Positions 8,671-17,101 of a stretch of DNA of 64,000 bases are shown one piece after another. Source of the DNA: an uncultured Candidatus Saccharibacteria bacterium (lineage in GTDB: Bacteria > Patescibacteriota > Minisyncoccia > Phycocordibacterales > SBAW01); the NCBI GenBank assembly GCA_964566795.1, contig CAZMIU010000001.1, positions 479,090 through 543,089 of the forward strand, read 5' to 3'. A program made the translations under genes and the position numbers. A model generated the notes under the pieces. That model saw only the letters and a program-made list of their open reading frames with translations, was not told the DNA's origin and did no database searches. The first letter of the stretch is position 1, and every line of letters begins with the position of its first letter.

Positions 8671-8904
8671 TATATAGGCCCTAAAAGCCGTCTTTTATGT
8701 CCCCATGTCCCCAAGTTTATCCACAGATATCCCCAGAAAGGTTGAAGGATAAGGGTTTCTAATGCCCTAGGGCTAGCTGTCGTTTTAAAGTCCTTGTGGG
8801 ATAAGGATTTTACTAACCATACTGCGGCTATGCCTAGGATGCCTAGGCATAGCCGCACGTCGTCACAACTATGTAAAAGCTAGCTTTTACTAGCTTGCTG
8901 CTAG

Positions 8905-8975
8905 TGCGGTTAGGGAGAATCGAACTCCCGTCTCGTCCTTGGCAAGGACGCGTTCTACCACTAAACCATAACCGC
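8905..8975 (-). tRNA. tRNA-Gly(GCC)
   Basis: GCGGTTA/TAACCGC, CGTCC-TT GCC AA-GGACG. Confidence 0.95.
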
Positions 8976-9022
8976 TTCGTGAACGACTATAGCATGGATT
9001 TCCTGCTAAGATAAAGCCGTGC

Positions 9023-9098
9023 GCGCTCGTAGCTCAATGGATAGAGTACTTGGCTTCGAACCAAGGGGTTGGGGGTTCGAGTCCCTCCGAGCGCACCA
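9023..9098 (+). tRNA. tRNA-Arg(TCG)
   Basis: GCGCTCG/CGAGCGC, CTTGG-CT TCG AA-CCAAG, encoded CCA. Confidence 0.95.
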
Positions 9099-9109
9099 GA
9101 AGATATTAC

Positions 9110-10579
9110 ATGGAAATTAAACCAAGCCAAATACCCCCAGAAGTCCTGGCTGTTATAGAGACACTCAAGAGGGAAGGGCACGAGGCCTATATTGTAGGCG
9201 GCTGTGTACGTGACCTCTTGCTGGGCCGCAAACCCAAAGATTGGGACGTAACCACCAACGCCACACCCGAAGATATCCAAAATTTGTTTGAGGAAACCTA
9301 CTACACCAACGAATTTGGCACTGTAGGGGTCGTAAACGCCTCTGTGAGCGACGAAAGCCTTAAAGTCGTGGAAGTGACCCCGTACAGACTAGAGGGCCGC
9401 TACAGCGATTCTAGACGGCCTGACAACGTGGTGTTTAGCCAGAGTCTTGTCGATGACCTTAAGCGCCGCGACTTTACCATCAACGCATTGGCCTACGACC
9501 CCGCACAAGGGAAGTTGGTTGACCTTTATGACGGTGTAAGAGACATCGAGGGTAAGCTCCTGCGCGCAGTGGGCGAGCCCAAGGCACGCTTTGAGGAGGA
9601 CGCCCTGCGTTTGCTGAGGGCTATCCGCATATCGGCGGAACTCGGCTTTGCCATAGAGGGCCACACCCTGGCCGCTATAGGCGAAACTGCCTCTAAGCTC
9701 GAGATGATCTCTAAGGAGCGCGTCCAGGCTGAGTTCGTGCGTATACTCAACTCGGGGAAGCCCATGGACGCCCTTATACTCTGCCACAAGTTGGGGTTAC
9801 TCAAGTACATCGCCCCAGAGCTCGAGGAGGGGATTGGTATCGAGCAGAACCAGGCCCACAGCTTTGACGTATGGGAGCACAACCTGCGCTCCTTGCAGCA
9901 CGCTGCCGACAAAGGGTGGCCTTTTAGCGTACGTATTGCGGCCCTGTTCCACGACGTGGGCAAGCCCAAAACCCGCCGCCGCGACGAGGCAAGGGGGGAT
10001 TGGACCTTCCACGGCCACGACGTGGTGGGCGCCCGCATGACCCGCAAAATTCTGGAGAACCTCAAGTTTTCACGAGAAACGGTAGACAACACCGCCAACC
10101 TGGTGCGCTGGCACATGTTTTTTAGCGACCCGGACAAGATAACGCTCTCGGCGGTGCGCCGGATTATCCGCAATGTGGGCCCCGAGCACATCGAGGAGCT
10201 CATCAACCTGCGGATCTGCGACCGCATAGGCACCGGCAGGCCCAAGGAACAACCCTTTAGGCTGCGCAAGTATCAAGCCATGATTGAGGAGGCCTTAAGA
10301 GACCCTATAAGCGTCTCGATGCTCAAGATCGATGGCGCCAAACTCATGGAGATGGGGCACAAGCCGGGCCCGAAATTTAGCTGGGTACTGCACGCACTCC
10401 TTGAGGAGGTTCTAGACGACCCTAAGCGCAACGTGGCAGAGTATTTAGAGGGTAGGGCAGGGGAGTTGTTTGCCCTGCCGGATGAGGAGTTGCGCAAGCT
10501 AGGAGAGGAAGGCAAAGAGAAAAAGGACGAGGCCGAGCAGGCAGAGATAAAGGACATCCACAAAAAACATTTTGTATAG
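9110..10579 (+). CDS. cca: CCA tRNA nucleotidyltransferase with HD domain
   Basis: YIVGGCVRDLLLG, DWDVTT, RRDFTINALA, EDALRLLRAIR, LFHDVGKP. Confidence 0.95.
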   Translation: MEIKPSQIPPEVLAVIETLKREGHEAYIVGGCVRDLLLGRKPKDWDVTTNATPEDIQNLFEETYYTNEFGTVGVVNASVSDESLKVVEVTPYRLEGRYSDSRRPDNVVFSQSLVDDLKRRDFTINALAYDPAQGKLVDLYDGVRDIEGKLLRAVGEPKARFEEDALRLLRAIRISAELGFAIEGHTLAAIGETASKLEMISKERVQAEFVRILNSGKPMDALILCHKLGLLKYIAPELEEGIGIEQNQAHSFDVWEHNLRSLQHAADKGWPFSVRIAALFHDVGKPKTRRRDEARGDWTFHGHDVVGARMTRKILENLKFSRETVDNTANLVRWHMFFSDPDKITLSAVRRIIRNVGPEHIEELINLRICDRIGTGRPKEQPFRLRKYQAMIEEALRDPISVSMLKIDGAKLMEMGHKPGPKFSWVLHALLEEVLDDPKRNVAEYLEGRAGELFALPDEELRKLGEEGKEKKDEAEQAEIKDIHKKHFV

Positions 10580-10654
10580 CAGATACTGTCCCAAATAAGT
10601 GTTTATCCACAACGTTGTCCTTTACATTGTCTTTTATAACCGTAGTATTCATAT

Positions 10655-10990
10655 CAGACATAACGTACTTACTGCTTAACAAAAACTCTCCCAGTTTTTA
10701 AAGCCCTAAGAACGAGTTCTTTATACATCGTTGAAACAAGGTCTCTTGCCCTGTAGACCGCTATTCAACAACAGGAATCTGCAGGTTCCTGGAGCCATTT
10801 CACGACACCTCTTTGAGGCGAGGATGCAAATCCTTCAACCTTCTAAAAGTGGATTCAAACATCCGTTTGGTCTCACTTAATCGACCGAGGAAAAACGGTT
10901 AAGAACAAGAGATGCCATGAGATACCGGCTCAAAAACAAGCCACCGCGACGGGATAAATAACAACTCCACCCCAGACCGGTGGCTTTTGT
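10655..10990 (+). ncRNA. Candidate structured non-coding RNA, unclassified
   Basis: TTTACA...TAGTAT promoter upstream, no long ORF, many nested stems, terminal GCCACCG/CGGTGGC stem plus TTTT. Confidence 0.5.
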
Positions 10991-11071
10991 ATTTCTAAAA
11001 TAGATCTTATTTAAGCTCTATAGTGACGGGGCCGGGATCGGAGCGCCGCCACTCTAGACGCATAATAATGG

Positions 11072-11875
11072 TTAGTCTCTGATTTCTATCGTCACCGGGC
11101 AATGATCGCTTCCCATGACGTCGGCCAAAATTTTGGCGGATTTTATCTTTTTGGCGAGTGCTTTGGAGACAAACCAGTAGTCTATGCGCCAGCCCACGTT
11201 CCTCTCACGGGATAGGGCGAAGTGGCTCCACCACGTGTAGTGGCCATTGCCTTTGGTAAACAATCTAAACGTGTCCACAAACCCGGCTGCAATCATATTG
11301 TCGATGCCGGAGCGCTCCTCCTTAGTAAAGCCCTTCTTGCCCTCGTTTGGCTTGGGGTTGGCGAGATCGTCCGCGGTATGCGCCACGTTTAAGTCGCCGC
11401 AAAACACCACGGGCTTCTCCACATCTAACCGTTTCATATACTCCAAAAAGGCCGGGTCCCACTGCTTATGCCGCAAGGGGATGCGCGAGAGGTCGTCCTT
11501 GCTGTTGGGGGTGTAGACCGTTACAACCCAAAAATCCTCCAACTCAAGCGCAATAACGCGGCCCTCGCGGTTAGGGTCACCATAAGAGTCGTTATGGAGC
11601 TTGTACTTTTTACATAGGTCCTCGGGCAAGCCGTGCACCTCGTCTAATACCTCTATGTCTTTTTTTACAAAAATGGCGGTGCCGGAATAGCCCTTCTTTT
11701 CCGCGCTGTTCCAAAACTCCTCGTACTGTGGCAGATCAATCTGTGCCTGGCCGCGCTCGGCCTTGGTCTCTTGCAGACACAAGACATCGGGCTTTTCTTT
11801 TTTAACAAACTCCCCAAACGTGCCCTTTTTTACCACGGCGCGTATTCCGTTTACATTCCAACTAATCAGCTTCAT
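11072..11875 (-). CDS. xth: Exodeoxyribonuclease III
   Basis: SWNVNGIR, LQETK, GYSGTA, GDLNVAH, GWRIDY, SDHCP. Confidence 0.97.
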   Translation of the reverse strand: MKLISWNVNGIRAVVKKGTFGEFVKKEKPDVLCLQETKAERGQAQIDLPQYEEFWNSAEKKGYSGTAIFVKKDIEVLDEVHGLPEDLCKKYKLHNDSYGDPNREGRVIALELEDFWVVTVYTPNSKDDLSRIPLRHKQWDPAFLEYMKRLDVEKPVVFCGDLNVAHTADDLANPKPNEGKKGFTKEERSGIDNMIAAGFVDTFRLFTKGNGHYTWWSHFALSRERNVGWRIDYWFVSKALAKKIKSAKILADVMGSDHCPVTIEIRD

Positions 11876-11975
11876 GGGGCAATGATACCAAATAGCGCCT
11901 AAGGGTTTACAGAGCACAAAGGCATGGTAGAGTCGGGGCGGGAAACCTCCCAAGCTCCAAAAAGGGACACATACG

Positions 11976-12218
11976 ATGAGGAAAGCTCTTTTGTTTGCTG
12001 CGGCGGTGGCTATAGCCACCGTGAGCATCCCGAGCGATGCCGATGCACAGTATCGCCGACACGGGGTCCACCGCGGACACGGGCATCACTACCACGCGCC
12101 GCCCCGCACGACACACCGCCACTACCACTATGGTCGCCGGTACAGCCCGCCGCCGCGCTACTATTACTACTCGCCGCCGTGTAGGCTTGTTGTCAACGGC
12201 GTCTGCGTCCGCAGATAG
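11976..12218 (+). CDS. Small secreted His/Tyr/Arg-rich protein
   Basis: Signal peptide ending ADA, then a low-complexity H/Y/R/P region with a C-terminal Cys pair. Confidence 0.7.
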   Translation: MRKALLFAAAVAIATVSIPSDADAQYRRHGVHRGHGHHYHAPPRTTHRHYHYGRRYSPPPRYYYYSPPCRLVVNGVCVRR

Positions 12219-12380
12219 CCGCCACAACTTGCCCGAGCCGCCCCTATAATCTGGGGCGGCTTCTACGTTGTGCCCCACCAGATAAGCAAGGCGGGGACCA
12301 CAAGCCACAGGAGACCCTTGATAGTAAAAAATAAAAACGCCCCCACGCCCGCATACTTAAGCCACTTCTTCTTGTTTTTA

Positions 12381-13310
12381 CTATCGTCGCTGTCCATGGA
12401 ATTTTTTGTGGACCTCTCTTAAATGCTTGTCTGTCACATGGGTGTACACCTGGGTTGTGGCAATGTTTTGGTGGCCTAAGAGTGCCTGCACGCTGCGCAG
12501 GTCTGCGCCACTCTCAAGCAGGTCGGTGGCAAAGGAGTGGCGAATGACGTGCGGGGTTACCTTGCGCGTTATGCCTGCCTTGGTGGCATAGTGCTTAATC
12601 ATGCGCTCTACCGAGCGCGGCGTGAGCCGCAGGTCTTTGGCGTTTTTACTATTTTTGCCCATCTGCACAAACAGTGCGTCGTCTACATCGCCGCGCTTGT
12701 CCAAGTATTTCTTAATAGCGTCCTTGGCGGCAGGGGAGAGGAACACCACCCGCACCTTCTCGCCTTTGCCGCGCACGCTAAACTCGTCGCGGCTTAAGTC
12801 GAGGTCGCGGCTAAGGGAGCACAGCTCGGAGACACGCAAGCCCGTACTAAACAGGAGCTCCATAATAGCTTTGTCACGCAGCGCCGTGAGCAGGGCAGCG
12901 GGGGATTTACTCTGTGTGGGCTGGCTGGGGCCTGCCATAAGCCTCTCGAGCTCGCTACTAGAGATTAGGTCTAAGTCGCGCTGACCCACCTTGGCGAGCT
13001 CTATTCTCTCCGGGTTAAGGCTCTCAATATCGCGCTTACGCAGGAATTTGAGGAACGCGCGCAGGCTAATCATGTAGTAGTTAATGGTCTTGAGCTTCAT
13101 AGTCCCGCTTATACCCGGTTGGCGGTTAAGGTGGATACGAAACTCTCTAATAGCCTGCTCGGTCACTTTGGCAGGGGAGGAGATACCCGTGTGGGCTAAA
13201 AAACGGCTCAAATAGCGGTCATAGTTCTCGACCGTCTTTATTGAGCGCCCCTTCTCAATCTCCAGATACTCCAAAAACTGGGATTTGAGGTCCTTTAGAT
13301 CGGTTGCCAT
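12381..13310 (-). CDS. XerC/XerD-type tyrosine recombinase
   Basis: RDKAIMELLFSTGLRVSE, GKGEK, HVIRHSFAT, LLGHQNIATTQVY. Confidence 0.93.
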   Translation of the reverse strand: MATDLKDLKSQFLEYLEIEKGRSIKTVENYDRYLSRFLAHTGISSPAKVTEQAIREFRIHLNRQPGISGTMKLKTINYYMISLRAFLKFLRKRDIESLNPERIELAKVGQRDLDLISSSELERLMAGPSQPTQSKSPAALLTALRDKAIMELLFSTGLRVSELCSLSRDLDLSRDEFSVRGKGEKVRVVFLSPAAKDAIKKYLDKRGDVDDALFVQMGKNSKNAKDLRLTPRSVERMIKHYATKAGITRKVTPHVIRHSFATDLLESGADLRSVQALLGHQNIATTQVYTHVTDKHLREVHKKFHGQRR

Positions 13311-13455
13311 AGCCTTATTATATGTCGCAAAATATTTTAGGGTGCCTACCCAGGCAGGCTAGGGAGCCCTTGCAAAAAACAAGCGCCTGTGCTATGGTTA
13401 TTGACACAGGGCCCAATTGAGGTTTAAACAACCAGAGACTCTGTTTATATACATC

Positions 13456-13722
13456 ATGCTTACCAAGCAGAAAAAGGCAAAAACTATCAAGGAGACCGCC
13501 GTCCATGACAAGGACACGGGCTCTCCTGAGGTGCAGGTTGCACTCCTTTCTAAAAAGATCGACGAGCTTACGTCGCATTTGCGCAAGCACACTAAGGACA
13601 AGCACTCCCGCCGCGGCCTCTTGCAGATGGTTGCAGACCGCCGTACTCATTTGAAGTACCTCGAGGGCAAGAACAAGAAGCGCTACAGCGCTCTTATCAA
13701 GAAGCTCGGTCTCAAGAAGTAA
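13456..13722 (+). CDS. rpsO: 30S ribosomal protein S15
   Basis: [24 protein letters not shown]. Confidence 0.98.
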   Translation: MLTKQKKAKTIKETAVHDKDTGSPEVQVALLSKKIDELTSHLRKHTKDKHSRRGLLQMVADRRTHLKYLEGKNKKRYSALIKKLGLKK

Positions 13723-13905
13723 ACTTTTTGCCGCGTCTCTGCGCGGTTCATGAAATATCCCAATCTCTGGGGTGTATACTTTATTAGTAGTTCGATTATT
13801 TTTTAAGTTTTCGCATAGAACAGGCGCGGGTTGGCATATTGTTTGCCTCTCACACCTGGGCTAGAGCGACCACAACCATGGAGCTTTGCTCCAAATCAAA
13901 ATTGT

Positions 13906-14571
13906 ATGGCTGTAATTAAACACAAAAGCCAGCGTGTCGGCGTATTTATTGACACGCAAAACCTCTACCACAGCGCCAAAAATCTTTATAAAGCAAAGGT
14001 CAACTTTGGCCAGGTAGTAAAAGAGGCTGTCGCGGGCCGTACCCTTATCAGGGCTCTGGCCTACGTTATCCGCACCGAGAGCGAGGAGGAAAAGGGCTTC
14101 TTTGAGGCGCTTAACAAGCTCGGCATCGAGACAAGGGTTAAGGACATCCGCGTCTTTGCCGGGGGTGCCAAGAAGGCCGACTGGGACCTGGGCACCGTTA
14201 TAGACGTGGTTGCCATGGCGCAGAAGCTCGACACTATCATCTTGGCCACCGGTGATGGCGACTTTGTACCGCTTGTGGAGTACCTTAAGTACGCACACGG
14301 CTGCCAGGTCGAGGTTATCGCCTTTGGCAAATCGTCCTCGGGCCAGCTACGCGAGGCTGCAGACGACTTTATCGACATGTGTGACGACCCGCGCAACTTC
14401 CTTATCGGCTATCGCGGGGGGAGCAAGTGGATACCGGGCTTTGGCTCGGCCGGTCAGGACCGCAACAGCGGCAGGGTTAACGCAGACACAAGCCCCGACA
14501 CCACCGAGGCGCCCCCGCAAGAGTTCCCCGATGGGGAGGACCCGGCTATCAAGATGAGCGGGGAGGAGTAA
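13906..14571 (+). CDS. NYN domain (LabA/DUF88) PIN-like nuclease
   Basis: VFIDTQNLYH, KKADWD, TGDGDFVPLV, AADDFID. Confidence 0.9.
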   Translation: MAVIKHKSQRVGVFIDTQNLYHSAKNLYKAKVNFGQVVKEAVAGRTLIRALAYVIRTESEEEKGFFEALNKLGIETRVKDIRVFAGGAKKADWDLGTVIDVVAMAQKLDTIILATGDGDFVPLVEYLKYAHGCQVEVIAFGKSSSGQLREAADDFIDMCDDPRNFLIGYRGGSKWIPGFGSAGQDRNSGRVNADTSPDTTEAPPQEFPDGEDPAIKMSGEE

Positions 14572-14693
14572 AAATTTAATACCAATTAATTGAGAAGCCT
14601 GGCCTTTCTTTACGAAGGCAGGCTTTTTCAGTTTTATAGACAGAAAGCTGTACAATAGTTGCATTAAAAATAGCGCTATGGTATAGTATGTTT

Positions 14694-14815
14694 AGCTCAG
14701 TTCTATCGGTTCGCTCAGGCGAACCAACGAGGCCCCATGTGCAGCGTTCCCATTACGCCCCCTAGCTGCACACCCCACCGCCTGCCAGTCTCCCCACTGG
14801 CAGGCGGTTTTATTT
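14694..14815 (+). ncRNA. Candidate small RNA
   Basis: TTGCAT-17-TATAGT promoter, three hairpins, strong 13-bp terminator. Confidence 0.6.
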
Positions 14816-14864
14816 TTCTATAAAGCTTGTTACCCTTTAGGTAGTTCGATTACAAAATAATTCA

Positions 14865-14925
14865 GAAGCGGGCGGATAGGTAGGCCAATAAGCCCCGGGC
14901 TTATGACCTAAAATCTGCGCGCTTC
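14865..14925 (+). promoter_or_regulatory. pnp leader long hairpin
   Basis: GAAGCG...CGCTTC outer stem with ATAAGCC/GGCTTAT inner stem; analogous to RNase III-processed pnp leaders. Confidence 0.55.
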
Positions 14926-14935
14926 GCATATCGAC

Positions 14936-17101
14936 ATGCAAAGCAAAAGCTATACGCTTGAGATAGGGGGTAAGACACTCAGTGCAGAGTTTAGTGACCT
15001 GGCAGAGCAGGCACAGGGCTCAGTTATCATGCGCTACGGCGACACGGCCGTGCTCGCCACCGCTGTCATGTCTCACCGCACACGCGATGACATCGATTAT
15101 TTCCCGCTCACAGTCGACTTTGAGGAGCGTTACTACGCGGCGGGTGCAATTTTGGGCAGCCAGTACATGCGCCGCGAGGGGAGACCCTCCGAGAACGCAA
15201 TACTTAGCGGCCGCATTGTAGACCGCACTATACGCCCGCTTTTTTCATCACATATACGAAACGAAGTGCAGGTTGTGGTAACCGTGCTTGCTTTGGGTGA
15301 GGACGACCCGCAACACCTCGCGGTTAATGCGGCGTCGCTGGCGCTCGCGACATCTCCTATACCGTGGGGCGGGCCAGTGGCCGCGGTGCGCATTGGCAGC
15401 AACCTGGCTATCAACCCGACGTACAAAGAGCGCGAGAGCATGGACCTCGATATTTTGGCGTGCGGCAAAGACGGCACCATAAACATGATAGAGGTGGGCT
15501 CCAAAGAAGTGGGGGAGGACACGATAGCGGCAGGCTTTGCCAAGGCCGTGGAGGAGCACAACAAGATTTTGGCGTGGCAAAAGGAGATCATTAAGGAAAT
15601 AGGCAAGGAAAAGAAGGTGGTGGAGAAGCTGGCTTTGCCGCAGGCTCTCACCGATCTCTACCAGGCAGAGTTCGCAAACAAGATGACCGCGGCAGTATTT
15701 TGCGGCGCACCGAGCAAAGACGCCATACACGAGCTACAGGACGCATGGATGACACGGATAGCGGAGGTTGAGGAACTCAAGGAGATGAAGGGTATCGCCA
15801 AGCGCTTTTTGGAGGACAAGGTAGACGAGGAGATCCACCGCGGCGCCATTGAGGACAATAAGCGCGCAGACTCTCGCCGCTTTGATGAAGTGCGCCCCCT
15901 GTTTGCCAAGGCGGGCGGGGTCTCGAGCATGCTGCATGGCTCGGGTATCTTTTATCGCGGGGGCACGCACGTGTTTACGGCGCTTACCCTGGGCGGCCCC
16001 GGCGAGCAGCTCATTGTCGACTCGATGGAGAAGCACGACACCAAGCAGCGCTTTATGCATCATTACAACTTCCCGCCGTACTCCAGCGGCGAGACAGGCC
16101 GCATAGGTGGTGTTAACCGCCGCGCAGTGGGCCACGGCGCTCTGGCGCAAAAGGCGCTCGAGGCGGTGTTGCCGACTCATGAGCAGTTCCCCTACACCAT
16201 ACGCCTGGTGTCGGAGTGCCTCGCCTCCAACGGCTCTACCTCTATGGGCTCGGCATGTGCCTCGACACTCGCACTTATGGACGGCGGTGTACCTATCAAG
16301 GCTCCGGTAGCAGGTATCGCGATGGGGGTCATGACACACGGCGGTGAGCACCGCGTGCTCACAGACATCCAGGGGCCAGAGGACGAGTTTGGCGGGATGG
16401 ACTTTAAAGTGGCGGGCACACGCGAGGGCGTGACCGCCATACAGCTCGATATTAAACTCGACGGCATCCCGGTTGATATTTTGGTCGAGGCCCTGGCAGC
16501 TGCCAAGAAGGCCCGCTACCACATACTCGACGTGATTGAGGCAGCACTCGCGGCACCGCGCCCAGCAATAAGCCCGCGCGCACCTGAGATACTCTCGCTT
16601 AAGGTCAAGCCAGACCAGATTGGCCTTGTGATAGGCGCAGGAGGCAAGACTATTAACGGTATCCGCGAGGTCACGGGGGTCGCGGACATTACCATTGAGG
16701 ACGACGGCTCGGTATTTATTACCGGCCGCGGCGGCTCTGCACAGACCGCCAAGGCCATGATCGAGGCACTGGTTAAGGAGTACAAGCCCGGCGAGGTGTA
16801 CGACGGCGAGGTAACGCGGCTTATGGACTTTGGCGCGTTTGTGCGCGTCGGGCCCGGCAAAGACGCCGAAGGCTTGGTGCACGTAAGCGAGGTTGCGCCG
16901 TTTAGAATCAACAAGATATCTGATGCCGTAGCAGTGGGGGATAAAGTGCGCGTTATGATAAAAGAGATAGACGACAAAGGCCGTATCAATCTCTCTATCA
17001 AGATGGCAGACCCGGAGTTTGCCATCAAGAAGGGCCTTACTCCATCATCCAATGCCTCCTCAGACTCCAGACCCCCACGCCGCCCCGACCCCACCTCCTA
17101 A
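14936..17101 (+). CDS. pnp: Polyribonucleotide nucleotidyltransferase
   Basis: FPLTVDFEER, RREGRP, HHYNFPPYS, SNGSTSM, GGMDFKVAGT; KH and S1 domains. Confidence 0.98.
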   Translation: MQSKSYTLEIGGKTLSAEFSDLAEQAQGSVIMRYGDTAVLATAVMSHRTRDDIDYFPLTVDFEERYYAAGAILGSQYMRREGRPSENAILSGRIVDRTIRPLFSSHIRNEVQVVVTVLALGEDDPQHLAVNAASLALATSPIPWGGPVAAVRIGSNLAINPTYKERESMDLDILACGKDGTINMIEVGSKEVGEDTIAAGFAKAVEEHNKILAWQKEIIKEIGKEKKVVEKLALPQALTDLYQAEFANKMTAAVFCGAPSKDAIHELQDAWMTRIAEVEELKEMKGIAKRFLEDKVDEEIHRGAIEDNKRADSRRFDEVRPLFAKAGGVSSMLHGSGIFYRGGTHVFTALTLGGPGEQLIVDSMEKHDTKQRFMHHYNFPPYSSGETGRIGGVNRRAVGHGALAQKALEAVLPTHEQFPYTIRLVSECLASNGSTSMGSACASTLALMDGGVPIKAPVAGIAMGVMTHGGEHRVLTDIQGPEDEFGGMDFKVAGTREGVTAIQLDIKLDGIPVDILVEALAAAKKARYHILDVIEAALAAPRPAISPRAPEILSLKVKPDQIGLVIGAGGKTINGIREVTGVADITIEDDGSVFITGRGGSAQTAKAMIEALVKEYKPGEVYDGEVTRLMDFGAFVRVGPGKDAEGLVHVSEVAPFRINKISDAVAVGDKVRVMIKEIDDKGRINLSIKMADPEFAIKKGLTPSSNASSDSRPPRRPDPTS

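Noticed and set aside
9050-9109. Extended 5' starts in the ORF track (cca 9050, methyltransferase 8140, yraN 8858, xth 12028, tyrS 47459, pilB 53377, tsaE 52808)
   Set aside because: They overlap tRNAs or divergent genes; downstream ATGs fit family N-termini and promoter spacing.
10655-10990. RNase P RNA, tmRNA, SRP RNA or T-box
   Set aside because: No GAGGAAAGTCC, tRNA-like ends, SRP loop or T-box motif found by eye on either strand.
11055-11082. dif-like GCATAA-N6-TTA near the xer gene (similar at 33009-33036)
   Set aside because: The XerD arm does not match, and dif is expected at the terminus, not near oriC.
12381-13310. Tyrosine recombinase as a prophage or ICE integrase
   Set aside because: Size and motifs fit housekeeping Xer; no att repeat, tRNA duplication or phage genes adjacent.
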